Shown: positions 37,877-46,824 of the stretch, one piece after another
How the letters are laid out: each line of letters starts with the position of its first letter
Numbering within the stretch: the stretch's first letter is position 1
Assembly: GCA_002453165.1 (NCBI GenBank)
Contig: DKGH01000158.1
Coordinates: forward strand, 1 to 63,275
DNA from: Verrucomicrobia bacterium UBA6775
GTDB lineage: Bacteria; Verrucomicrobiota; Verrucomicrobiia; Limisphaerales; UBA1096
DNA length: 63,275 bases
Reading direction: 5' to 3'
Notes under the pieces: generated by a model
Told to the model about the DNA's origin: nothing
The model's input: the letters and a program-made list of their open reading frames with translations, nothing else
Databases searched by the model: none
Made by a program: the position numbers and the translations under genes

Positions 37877-39484
37877 TCAGGCTTTATTTGTTGGGAAAAA
37901 GCGATCGATTGTTGATTGTTTTGGCGCCGTAGTCACGAGCGAAACTCCGATCAACGCCACCACGGAAGCCAGAAAAATAAAGGTTACCGGCATCACCCCG
38001 GCAATCAAATATTCTCCGTGCTCTTTCACTCCGAACCACTGATCTCCACTGTCGCGGCCAAGCGCGTCATAGATAAATGTAACCCATGTTATGACAGTGG
38101 CAATTACGCTGGCGAAAACGCCTGCGGTTGTCACTCGCTTCCAGTAAACCGAGGCGAATGCGATAGGGAACAATGCCGCGAACCCGCTAAAACACCATAC
38201 ACCGAGGTTGAACACGCTCTTGGTCTCGAATAACGAGATAACATAGGTGATTAGCACGATGAACACGATAAAGCCGCGGCCTAGCCAGACCTTTTGGCTG
38301 TCACTTACCTTTCCCTTTAGCGGGACAACAAAGTCGTTGGTGAACATGCTGCCGATGCAGACAAATTGCGAGTCAAGAGAACTCATGATCGCCGCCAGCA
38401 CGCCGGCGGAAAACAGGCCGATGAGGATCGGGCTATCCATGAATTTTTTCACCATCGCACTCAGCACTGCGTTCGGATTCGCGTTGCCGTTGGGCAACGG
38501 TGGCACTGTAAGATCCCCGGCTGCATGTAGGCCGGCAGCCCAGATGCCGATCAGGATGCACGGCACCCAGACGATCATGATGCAGATCGGATGGGCGATG
38601 ACGGTCAGGCGAAATGACTTGGCACTCTTGGCTGTCAGCCAGTGTTGGAACAAGTGTGGGAACATGCCGACACTCAGGGGTACCAGCATGTAACTGATAA
38701 AATGCGGCACGGTCATCAGACCCTCACGCTGCAATTTTTCGGGCGCATGTTCGAGTGCCTTAGCTGAGGCTTCCGATAGGCCACCGAGCGTATCCGCGAT
38801 AACCAAAAATCCAACCAAGCCCATAACCATGAAGACAATCGTCTGGAAGGTGTTCGCCCAGGCAGCGGAGCGAACCCCGCCGAAAAACACGTAAAACAAC
38901 ACGACACAGCAAATCACCAATCCGGACAGCCAAGCGGGAACCGCCCCGGCCGCGAACGTCTCCGGGAACATTCCGCGGGTAACACCGAAGATATAGTTGC
39001 CCGCGCCCATCAGGCCAACCAGCAGGTACGGGATGATCAGGCCGACCAAGATCGGGAACATCAGGTAGCCAAGCGCCTTCGACTCGAAGCGGTCGCGGAA
39101 AAACTGGATCTGCGTCACGTAGCCGTATTTTTTGCCGAAGCTCCACATGCGGATACCGACGAGGAAAAAACAGGCGGTGTGAATCAGGCCGGAGCTGGAG
39201 GCCATCAACCCGTAGGTGCCGATGCCCAGGCTGAACGCTTTGCCGGTGGAGCCGACCAGCGCGAAGGCGGTCATCGTCGTCCCGAACACGCTCATCAAAA
39301 GCATGAACGGCCCAATCGACTGGCTCGCCACGAAGAAATCCTTGCTGGACCCGCGGAACATCCGGCTGGACACCCAGCCAAGCGCAAACAACGCGAGCAT
39401 GTACACGATGATGATGTAAAGCGGCGTACGGGTCGCGGGCTCGGCCGCTTGGCCAAGCGCGATCAGTGACGGTGCGTGTATCAT
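37877..39484 (-). CDS. sodium:solute symporter (SSS) family transporter
   Basis: 535 aa with about 13 TM segments. FFVASQSIGPFMLLMSVFGTTMTAFALVGSTG is typical of SSS N-termini. There is a 4-nt overlap with the upstream DUF3311 gene. Confidence 0.85.
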   Translation of the reverse strand: MIHAPSLIALGQAAEPATRTPLYIIIVYMLALFALGWVSSRMFRGSSKDFFVASQSIGPFMLLMSVFGTTMTAFALVGSTGKAFSLGIGTYGLMASSSGLIHTACFFLVGIRMWSFGKKYGYVTQIQFFRDRFESKALGYLMFPILVGLIIPYLLVGLMGAGNYIFGVTRGMFPETFAAGAVPAWLSGLVICCVVLFYVFFGGVRSAAWANTFQTIVFMVMGLVGFLVIADTLGGLSEASAKALEHAPEKLQREGLMTVPHFISYMLVPLSVGMFPHLFQHWLTAKSAKSFRLTVIAHPICIMIVWVPCILIGIWAAGLHAAGDLTVPPLPNGNANPNAVLSAMVKKFMDSPILIGLFSAGVLAAIMSSLDSQFVCIGSMFTNDFVVPLKGKVSDSQKVWLGRGFIVFIVLITYVISLFETKSVFNLGVWCFSGFAALFPIAFASVYWKRVTTAGVFASVIATVITWVTFIYDALGRDSGDQWFGVKEHGEYLIAGVMPVTFIFLASVVALIGVSLVTTAPKQSTIDRFFPTNKA

Positions 39485-39711
39485 TGTTCGCCCCCCTGTT
39501 CGTCAGCCGACTCAGCCCATTCTTCGATGTCGCTTGGCCAAGCCCACTTAATGGCCATGGCCCAGACACCGGCCGCCATGCAGGAAAACAGCGCGTGGTA
39601 AAACAGGCCAAGCGGCATGAAGCCAAAGACGAGGGTCTTGTTATCCCACCACCAGAAATCCTGATGGATGATCGCCAGCAGGGCGATCAGTGCGTAAACG
39701 AAAATCTTCAT
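39481..39711 (-). CDS. DUF3311-like small membrane protein (SSS accessory)
   Basis: 76 aa with two TM segments and the IHQDFWWWDN motif. It sits directly upstream of, and overlaps, the SSS gene. Confidence 0.7.
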   Translation of the reverse strand: MKIFVYALIALLAIIHQDFWWWDNKTLVFGFMPLGLFYHALFSCMAAGVWAMAIKWAWPSDIEEWAESADEQGGEQ

Positions 39712-39738
39712 GAGCCGGGTTGCGGGGGTTGCTTGGGT

Positions 39739-41343
39739 TTACTTAATTTTCTTCTTATCCTTGGCGGACTTGGCGCGGGCCTCATCATACACCGCGTACA
39801 GGTGAGACTGGGTGGCAACGTACAACACACCGTTCGCCACGACCGGAGTCGAGTAGATTGGTGCGGGAAAATAGGTCTCGCTCAACACCTTCATCTTTGT
39901 GTCTGAGGCCAGCACCACGAAGTCGCCGTCCTCGTCGCCCACATAAACCTTGCCGTCGGCCACTAGTGTGGAACCCCACATGTGCGCCTTCATGTCATAC
40001 ACCCAGTGTAGCTTGCCGGTGTCGGCGTCGAGACAGTGGATGAAGCCAGAAAAGTCACCGACGAACAGCAGGCCGTTGTCCTCGTCGATCGAGACTGTGG
40101 AGATGCTTCGCTTGATTCCCTTGTACGACCAAATCTCGCCGCTCTTGGTAATGTCGCCCTTCTTAGATGGGTCGAGGCAAACCAAGTGGCCGACGCCTTC
40201 GCCGTGCTCGGGGTCCTGGCCGTGCGCCACGTAAACGCGGCCCTTGTAAAACACCGGTGTCGAGTTGATCTCGTTCGGCCCCTCGGCAGCCGGATACTTG
40301 ATAGCCTTGCCGTTTTTGTCCTTCTTGTACTCGGGCGGGTTGGAATCGTACCACCAGATTTTGCGGAGAAAGTCGAGGTCCTCGTCCTCGTCATAAACCG
40401 GCTTCGGTTCGAAGGCGTAGCACCAGCCGTCGCCACCGCCGAAGAAGAGTTGGCCCTTGCCATTGACCACCCCGTAGGAGGGCGAACTCCACTGGCCGTG
40501 GTAAATATTCGGTCCGATTCCGGCGTCGTCTTCACCGAGCAGTTCACCGGTCTTCGCGTCGAGCGCGATGAAGCTTGGGGAGAGCGGGGAGGGGACGTTT
40601 GAGTGCGTCCAGTCCTGCCCGTTGGAGGTGCAGGCGTAGACCATATCGCCAACAACGATTACCGAGCAGTTGGAGGCGTTGTGCGGGAACACGCCCAACT
40701 CGTCCATCATGTCGTAGCGCCAGATAATGTCACCGTCCTTCTTGCCGATCTTGGCCGGAGGCTTGCCGGTATCGAGATGCACGTAGACCGCCTCGTCCTT
40801 GTACGGGCCGTCGTTGCCGTTGGCCAAGCCCTCGGTGTCGAGGCAGAGCACTTCGCAGCGGCTGGTTACCACGTAGATGCGATTGCCCACCACGGTCGGC
40901 GAGGAGAGCAACCCGAGGCTTTCCCAGTCGTTCACCTTGCCGGATTTCAGCTTGGGAATGACCAGTTGCCAGATGAACTCGCCGGTCTTTTCGTCGAGGC
41001 ATAGCATGATGCTGCGGTCGCCCTCGTGTTGTGAGTCGCGTGGCGAATCGTTGTTGGTGCCGACGTAGATCCGGCCGTTGGAGATGGTCGGGTTGCCGTA
41101 GCTTTGTGTTCCCAGCTTGGCCACCCACTTGACGTTTTTCGTTGTCGAGAGATCCACGTCCTCGGTGCCCTGCTTGTAGTCGCCCGGTTCCACCTTGTCC
41201 GGCAGGCCAGTCACGCCCGGTGCGGCCATGTTTCGGCCAAGCGAATTGCCGCCCCACTGCGGCCAGTCGGCAGCCTGTACTGCGGCACTGCCAAGGATGC
41301 CGGCGGTCAGGCCGGTCACGATTGCGATTTTAAGGTTTTTCAT
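39739..41343 (-). CDS. secreted PQQ-like (BamB-like) beta-propeller repeat protein
   Basis: Signal peptide is followed by AADWPQWGGN. Repeated G.(I/V)YV... and W motifs are typical of PQQ-like propeller blades. Confidence 0.75.
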   Translation of the reverse strand: MKNLKIAIVTGLTAGILGSAAVQAADWPQWGGNSLGRNMAAPGVTGLPDKVEPGDYKQGTEDVDLSTTKNVKWVAKLGTQSYGNPTISNGRIYVGTNNDSPRDSQHEGDRSIMLCLDEKTGEFIWQLVIPKLKSGKVNDWESLGLLSSPTVVGNRIYVVTSRCEVLCLDTEGLANGNDGPYKDEAVYVHLDTGKPPAKIGKKDGDIIWRYDMMDELGVFPHNASNCSVIVVGDMVYACTSNGQDWTHSNVPSPLSPSFIALDAKTGELLGEDDAGIGPNIYHGQWSSPSYGVVNGKGQLFFGGGDGWCYAFEPKPVYDEDEDLDFLRKIWWYDSNPPEYKKDKNGKAIKYPAAEGPNEINSTPVFYKGRVYVAHGQDPEHGEGVGHLVCLDPSKKGDITKSGEIWSYKGIKRSISTVSIDEDNGLLFVGDFSGFIHCLDADTGKLHWVYDMKAHMWGSTLVADGKVYVGDEDGDFVVLASDTKMKVLSETYFPAPIYSTPVVANGVLYVATQSHLYAVYDEARAKSAKDKKKIK

Positions 41344-41374
41344 GATGATAAAATGGTTTGGGGGATTCAGTGAT

Positions 41375-43684
41375 TTAATTGTTCGGTGTCACTTTCACGT
41401 TGTCGATGTACACCGGCATTTCCTGCGGGGAAAACCCGAACAGGCCAGGCGAGCCGCTCTTGTGCGCGTTGTTGTGCTTAAACTCCACGTTCCACGCATC
41501 CGGCTCGGCCTCATCCCTTGGCCAAGCCTTGGCGCGGATCATGCCGGAGCCATCCTCGTTGACGTCCACACGGGTCTTGAGCGTAAACCACTGGTTGGCT
41601 TTCCAGCGGAAATTCGGCGGTGAACCACGCTCCGGCACCCGGATACGGTCGAGGTTCGAGTTGATCTCCAACTTCTGCTCGTTGCCCTTGAGCACGACAC
41701 AGTAGCGTTGGTTGATGATCCCCACATCGGACATCTTGCGGCGGCGACCATCCGTCAGCACATCAGCCTGGATGGTGTAGTTGCTCATGCTCTGTTCGCC
41801 GATAAATACCGTGGCACGCTGCAATCGTTTGTTGTCGACCGTCTTGCGCAGCGCCTTGGTTCCTTCGCGATCGCGCACCTCAAACTTGAACCGTGCCCCG
41901 ATCCACGGCAGCGGCGGGTAGGCGAACTTCACGCCCTCGTCCACGAGGCTGTCCTCGATCAGGTCGAATCCTTCGAAGTCCTCGCTCAACGGCGGAGCCG
42001 GCAGCACGCGGCCCCGGATCACCCCGCTCAACCCGCCGGCGGTCGCCTTGAAAGCCCCGGCCGAGCTGACCCGATCCTTACCGGCGATGATCTGGCCACC
42101 CTTGAACGAGGCGTTCATGCGGGCCTTAACCTTGGCGGTCGGCGGGATGTACGACTCCCACTTAAGCTTATCGCCGGCGATCTCGTCCACGAGGAAACCG
42201 TTGGCGTCGAGGCGCCGTGCGCGGAACGAGGCCGACTCACCCGGCTCGAGCAAAATCTCCGACGGCACGATCTGCAGTCGGGTCGGCTTGCCCGCCTTGG
42301 GCCATGCCTTGGCCTTGGGCGCCTTGGCCAAGCCCCTGTTGTTGCCCGGCTTGCCGAAGCAGTAAAGTTTCTTGGTCGTCTGCACGTAGACCTTGCCATT
42401 GTAGATGGACGGCGTGGCAAAACAGCGGCCATCCAGCACGGCGTGCGATAAAATCTTGGCCTCGTTTTTGCCCGGCTTGATCACGTAAAACGCGCCGTGT
42501 GTGCCGGTGCCCCCCTTGGCCGCGCCCCCCTCGCCGGCCGGGTTTTCGAGCATCGGCAGATAAATCTTCCCGTCGGCATGCACCGGCGAGGCGTTGCGCT
42601 GCTCGATGCCCAGCTTGATCTTCCAGTTTTCCTTGCCGGTGACGATGTTGACGCTGTGCAGTTCGCCCTTCTCGGCCACGACATAAATCGTGTCATCAAC
42701 GAGGATCGGCGCGCTGGTGGAGGTGGTGATCTTTTGCGACCAAAGCTCGACCTGCTTGCGCTCGACCACGACCGGGTTGGCATCCTTCGGCTGCACTTTT
42801 GGAATCTTCAGGCCAACCATTTGGCCCGGCTCGTACGGCGTGCCGTAGATCGCCGCGGCGATTTCATTGTTGTAGACCACCACCGAGGCGTTGATGCCGG
42901 CCTTGAACAGCGGCACCTGCCAGATCGCCTCACCGGTGCGGGCATTGGCGCAGATCACGCTGCCGTCCCCGGTGGTCGCATAAAAGACGCGTTTGCCATC
43001 GAGCCAGCCGAGGTACGGCGAGGAGAAGCAGCTGTCCTTCGGGCGTCCGCCCGGCTTGGCCGCCCAGACTAGTTCACCGGTCTTTTTGTCGAAGCCGTAA
43101 AAGCGATCCCACGGCGGCCCCTGCGCACCCCAGTTGGCCATGATGCCGCGGGTGATCACGAGGTCGTTGTCGACCACCGGCGTCGCGGTTCGGCCGTTCG
43201 GGAAGGTCATCCGGCCAAGCGCCTCCATCAACGAGTGCTTCCACAAAATCTTGCCGTCCTGCGAAAACGAGGCGAACAAACCCTGCGTGCCCTGGAAAAA
43301 CAGGTTGCCGGTCTCAGGGTCGATCGTCGGGCTCGAGGAGGAGTAGCGCGTGTAAATGATGTCGCTCAGGAAGTCGTTGAACTTGTGCTCCCACAGTTTC
43401 TTGCCGGTCTCGGCGTCCAGGCAGAACACGCCCTCCTGCAAATCCGCGCCCTCGCCGAGGTGGCCGACGATGAACAACTTGCCGTTGGAGATCGTCGGTG
43501 CCGAGCGGCCGGGCAGGTCCACCGTCCACAGCGCGTCCTCGGCCTGAATGCTGTCCGGCAGGTTGGTCTCAAACGAGAGGCCGGATTGGAGCGGCCCGCG
43601 CATGTGCAGCCACCCGTCAACTGGAGCCGCCGAAGCCACTGTGACAGCAGCCAGGCCCAAGAAAGTGATACCCAGTTTTTTCAT
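41375..43684 (-). CDS. secreted PQQ-like beta-propeller protein with C-terminal Ig-like and DUF1080/concanavalin-like domains
   Basis: MKKLGITFLGLAAVTVASA signal peptide and propeller repeats. The C-terminus, NYTIQADV...INQRYCVVLKGNEQKLEI...WFTLKTRV...VYIDNVKVTP, resembles the DUF1080 lectin-like fold. ATG 43684 is preferred over 43786. Confidence 0.7.
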   Translation of the reverse strand: MKKLGITFLGLAAVTVASAAPVDGWLHMRGPLQSGLSFETNLPDSIQAEDALWTVDLPGRSAPTISNGKLFIVGHLGEGADLQEGVFCLDAETGKKLWEHKFNDFLSDIIYTRYSSSSPTIDPETGNLFFQGTQGLFASFSQDGKILWKHSLMEALGRMTFPNGRTATPVVDNDLVITRGIMANWGAQGPPWDRFYGFDKKTGELVWAAKPGGRPKDSCFSSPYLGWLDGKRVFYATTGDGSVICANARTGEAIWQVPLFKAGINASVVVYNNEIAAAIYGTPYEPGQMVGLKIPKVQPKDANPVVVERKQVELWSQKITTSTSAPILVDDTIYVVAEKGELHSVNIVTGKENWKIKLGIEQRNASPVHADGKIYLPMLENPAGEGGAAKGGTGTHGAFYVIKPGKNEAKILSHAVLDGRCFATPSIYNGKVYVQTTKKLYCFGKPGNNRGLAKAPKAKAWPKAGKPTRLQIVPSEILLEPGESASFRARRLDANGFLVDEIAGDKLKWESYIPPTAKVKARMNASFKGGQIIAGKDRVSSAGAFKATAGGLSGVIRGRVLPAPPLSEDFEGFDLIEDSLVDEGVKFAYPPLPWIGARFKFEVRDREGTKALRKTVDNKRLQRATVFIGEQSMSNYTIQADVLTDGRRRKMSDVGIINQRYCVVLKGNEQKLEINSNLDRIRVPERGSPPNFRWKANQWFTLKTRVDVNEDGSGMIRAKAWPRDEAEPDAWNVEFKHNNAHKSGSPGLFGFSPQEMPVYIDNVKVTPNN

Positions 43685-43843
43685 GAGAAATTGGATTTTG
43701 TCCCGCTTGGCCAAGCCTAGCCCAACAAGGGTCGAAACACGGAATCGGCCGACAGCCAGACGGCCCAAGATCGTAGTCAACCGCAAGGGCCATGCAACAA
43801 AATAATACTTACACGTATCATTTTTGACGTTCGCCTTACTCGC

Positions 43844-43860
43844 CTGGCCAAGCGCTTGGT
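43844..43860. repeat. iterated palindrome, degenerate double unit
   Basis: ctggccaagcgcttggt lies 14 nt downstream of the glgC stop. A further copy, ccgcttggccaagcc, lies at 43704-43718 upstream of the propeller gene. Confidence 0.75.
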
Positions 43861-43873
43861 TTGTCGTTCTCCC

Positions 43874-45178
43874 CTAAACTATGGTGCCGTCCGGGATTAC
43901 CGCTCCTTTCGGAACAATCGCGATTCCTTCCCGGATGAAGTAGTTTTCCCCGTCAAAATGCTCTGGTTTGCCCTCCGGCGAGATCACGCAGTTGGCCCCG
44001 ATCCGGGCATTCTTGTCGATAATGGCTGACTCAATCCGCGTGTTCTCCCCCACTCCCATCATTGGAATTCCCTTCGCGGCGCTCTCCCGCTTGGACGCCT
44101 CCGTCTCGTAAAAGTCCGCCCCCATCAGCACTGAGCGGTGCACACGGCAGCCGGGCGCTATAAGGCAGCGCACTCCGATCAGGCTTTGGCTGATCCGCGA
44201 GCGGTCGATGATGCATCCGTCCGAGATCACCGCCTGATCGATCGCCGCGCCGTTAATTTTCGACGCCGGCATGAACCGCGGGCGCGTGTAGATCGGTGTC
44301 TCCATCTGGAAAAAATCGAACCTCGGCACCATGTTCACCATGTCGAGGTTTGCCTCGAAAAACGAGCGCATCGTCCCGATGTCCTCCCAGTACCCCTGAT
44401 ACACGTGCGAGTACACGCGGTGCGTATCGATCGCGCGCGGGATAATGTGTTTGCCGAAATCCGTCATCTCGTTGTCCAGCAGCTCAACCAATGTGGCGCG
44501 GTTAAAAACATAGATGCCCATCGATGCCAGATAGTGGTCGCCCCCTGCCGAGAGTCTCTGCTCCGCCACCTGCGCCTCGCCCAGCCGCAGCGAGTCCAGC
44601 AGCTCCGGCGTGGCCGGCTTCTCCACGAACTTTTGAATCCTACCGTCCTTGTCGTTATGCATAATGCCGAACTCGGTCGCCCGCTCGCGATTCACCGGGA
44701 TCGTCGCCACCGTCAACTCCGCCTCCTTCTCAATGTGCGCCGCGATGACATCCCGAAAATCCATCCGGTAAAGCTGGTCCCCGCTCAGGATCAGCAGGTA
44801 CTCAAAATTATTCGTTAGCAGATGGTTCAGGTTTTTGCGCACGGCATCCGCCGTGCCCTGATACCACGAGTCGCTCGTTGGTGTCTGTTCCGCCGCGAGG
44901 ATCTCCACGAACCCTCGAGAGAAATGATCGAACTTGTAAGAGTGCGAAATATGCCGGTGCAGCGAGGCCGAGTTAAACTGCGTGAGCAGGTACACCTGAT
45001 TCAGGCGCGAGTTGATGCAGTTCGAGATCGGGATGTCCACCAGCCGATACTTGCCGGCCAGCGGCACCGCTGGCTTCGAGCGCTCCAACGTCAGCGGGAA
45101 CAACCGCGTCCCCTGCCCGCCCCCCATGACCACGGCCAACACCCGCGCCTTCCCCGCTCTGGTCAATACATCAGACAT
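43874..45178 (-). CDS. glgC: glucose-1-phosphate adenylyltransferase
   Basis: VMGGGQGTRLFPLTLERSKPAVPLAGKYRLVDIPISNCINS, WYQGTADAV and a C-terminal left-handed beta-helix region. Confidence 0.92.
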   Translation of the reverse strand: MSDVLTRAGKARVLAVVMGGGQGTRLFPLTLERSKPAVPLAGKYRLVDIPISNCINSRLNQVYLLTQFNSASLHRHISHSYKFDHFSRGFVEILAAEQTPTSDSWYQGTADAVRKNLNHLLTNNFEYLLILSGDQLYRMDFRDVIAAHIEKEAELTVATIPVNRERATEFGIMHNDKDGRIQKFVEKPATPELLDSLRLGEAQVAEQRLSAGGDHYLASMGIYVFNRATLVELLDNEMTDFGKHIIPRAIDTHRVYSHVYQGYWEDIGTMRSFFEANLDMVNMVPRFDFFQMETPIYTRPRFMPASKINGAAIDQAVISDGCIIDRSRISQSLIGVRCLIAPGCRVHRSVLMGADFYETEASKRESAAKGIPMMGVGENTRIESAIIDKNARIGANCVISPEGKPEHFDGENYFIREGIAIVPKGAVIPDGTIV

Positions 45179-45310
45179 TGTTCTTCGATTACTTGGACTT
45201 CCACGTTTGTACGCCCGTTCAACCTCAAGCGCAAGAATGGAGCGGCGAGCCTGCGAGTCCGCAAAGGCTCACGGCGGCATAACAGTCCCCGTATATCACG
45301 CGAACTTTGA

Positions 45311-45328
45311 GGGGACAGGAATGTTCCC
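45311..45328. repeat. GGGGACAGGAATGTYCCC hairpin element, copy A
   Basis: ggggacaggaatgttccc, preceded by tttga, with the palindrome 17 nt away (45345-45358). It lies between the DUF1501 stop and the glgC start. Confidence 0.7.
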
Positions 45329-45363
45329 TCTCCTTTTCCGCCCGCGCTTGGCCAAGCGTTGCG

Positions 45364-46824
45364 TTAGGCGAAGATGCCTTTGGCGACGTGGCCGTGGACG
45401 TTGGTCAGGCGGCGCTCGATGCCGTTGTGGTAGAAGGTCAGTTTTTTGTGATCGACGCCCATTAGGTGCAGCACGGTGGCGTGGAAGTCGTGCCAGTGCA
45501 CCGGGTTCTCGACCGTTTTCCAGCCGATCTCATCGGTTTGCCCGAAGCTGAACCCGGCCTTCACCCCGCCGCCCGCGAGCCAGCAGGAGAATCCGTATTT
45601 GTTGTGGTCGCGCCCGGGGCCGACCTTGTCTGAGCCGGACTGCGCAAACGGCGTCCGGCCAAACTCGGTAGTGAACAGCACGAGCGTGTCGTCGAGCATC
45701 CCACGCTGTTTGAGATCGCGCAGCAAGCCGGCGATCGGCTTGTCGATCCGGCTAGCCTCGGTGGAGTGGTTGTCCTTCACGTTTTCGTGGGCGTCCCAGC
45801 TGGCACGCGGTGAGCCACCGATCGGGCCGCCGGAGTAAATCTGCACGAACCGCACACCGCGCTCGAGCAGTCGCCGCGCCAGCAGGCAGCGCCGCCCGGC
45901 GTCCCCGGTTTGGCCTTCGCCGAGGCCGTACATGTTGCGGATGTGTTCCGGTTCGCCGTTGATGTCGCTCACCTCTGGCACGGACAACTGCATGCGGGCC
46001 GCCAGTTCATAGCTGCGCATGCGGGCGCTCAGCATCGCGTCAGCCCCGCTGCGGTCGGCGTGGCGCGCATTCAGTTGTTGCAAAAAATCCCGTGCGGCGG
46101 CGTCCGAGCCCTTCGGCTGCTCGATGGCCGGGAAAAGGTCGCGCACAGGGGTCTTGCCGCTGCGCAGCTCGACACCCTGGTGTTGTGACGGCAGAAAGCC
46201 GCTGGTCCAGTTGGACGCTCCGCCGTTCGGGCCACCGCGCCCGTCGCTCAACACGACGAACGCCGGCAACGACTCGGTCTCGCAGCCGAGACCGTATGAC
46301 ACCCAGCTCCCGACCGACGGGAAGCCGTTGAACTCAAAGCCGCTGTTGGCGAAGAACAACGCCGGCGTGTGGTTGGCCGAGTTGGTGGTCATCGAGCGGA
46401 TAAAGGTCATCTCGTCCGCCATCTCAGCGATGTTCGGAAACATGTCCGACAGCCAGATCCCACTCTGGCCGCGTTGCTTGAACGCAAAGTCGCTGCGCCG
46501 CAACAGGCCGACCTGCCCGAAGAAAATGTCGGGCTTCTCGCTTGAGCCAAGCGGCTTGCCGTGGGCCTTGTCCAGCCCGGGTTTGTAGTCGTAAGAGTCG
46601 ATGTGGCTCATGCCGCCGACGAGGCTGATGTGGATCGCTCGCTTGGCCCGGGGCGCGAAGTTCGGAAACGTCGCCTGACCAAGCGCGGCCGCCCGGGCGG
46701 TGGTGTCGCGCGCCAGCAGGCTCGCGAACGCCGTGGCGCCGATGCCCCGGATGCCCCAGTTGAAAAACTCCCGTCGATTCAATGTGCCCAAGTCGTTCAT
46801 ATCAATTGAGGATGACAAATTCAT
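45364..46824 (-). CDS. DUF1501 family protein, Tat-like N-terminus
   Basis: LNRREFFNWGIRGIG, ISLVGGMSHIDSYDYKP, WDAHEN, EFGRTP and GRDHN. The start is either 46824 (23-nt overlap with the upstream gene) or ATG 46800 (1 nt after its stop). Confidence 0.85.
   Translation of the reverse strand: MNLSSSIDMNDLGTLNRREFFNWGIRGIGATAFASLLARDTTARAAALGQATFPNFAPRAKRAIHISLVGGMSHIDSYDYKPGLDKAHGKPLGSSEKPDIFFGQVGLLRRSDFAFKQRGQSGIWLSDMFPNIAEMADEMTFIRSMTTNSANHTPALFFANSGFEFNGFPSVGSWVSYGLGCETESLPAFVVLSDGRGGPNGGASNWTSGFLPSQHQGVELRSGKTPVRDLFPAIEQPKGSDAAARDFLQQLNARHADRSGADAMLSARMRSYELAARMQLSVPEVSDINGEPEHIRNMYGLGEGQTGDAGRRCLLARRLLERGVRFVQIYSGGPIGGSPRASWDAHENVKDNHSTEASRIDKPIAGLLRDLKQRGMLDDTLVLFTTEFGRTPFAQSGSDKVGPGRDHNKYGFSCWLAGGGVKAGFSFGQTDEIGWKTVENPVHWHDFHATVLHLMGVDHKKLTFYHNGIERRLTNVHGHVAKGIFA

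Noticed and set aside
35312-39448. Palindrome-free tracts (35.3-39.4 kb, 3.9-7.3 kb) as evidence that those genes were recently acquired
   Set aside because: At about one copy per kb, gaps of 3-4 kb are expected once or twice among about 60 intervals by chance. GC content of these tracts is not clearly different by eye. This is not enough evidence without genome-wide statistics.
45179-45363. Long glgC leader as a CsrA-type regulatory 5-prime UTR
   Set aside because: There are only scattered GGA triplets, with no paired GGA-in-loop hairpins overlapping a ribosome-binding site. The region is better described by the hairpin-repeat and palindrome elements reported above.
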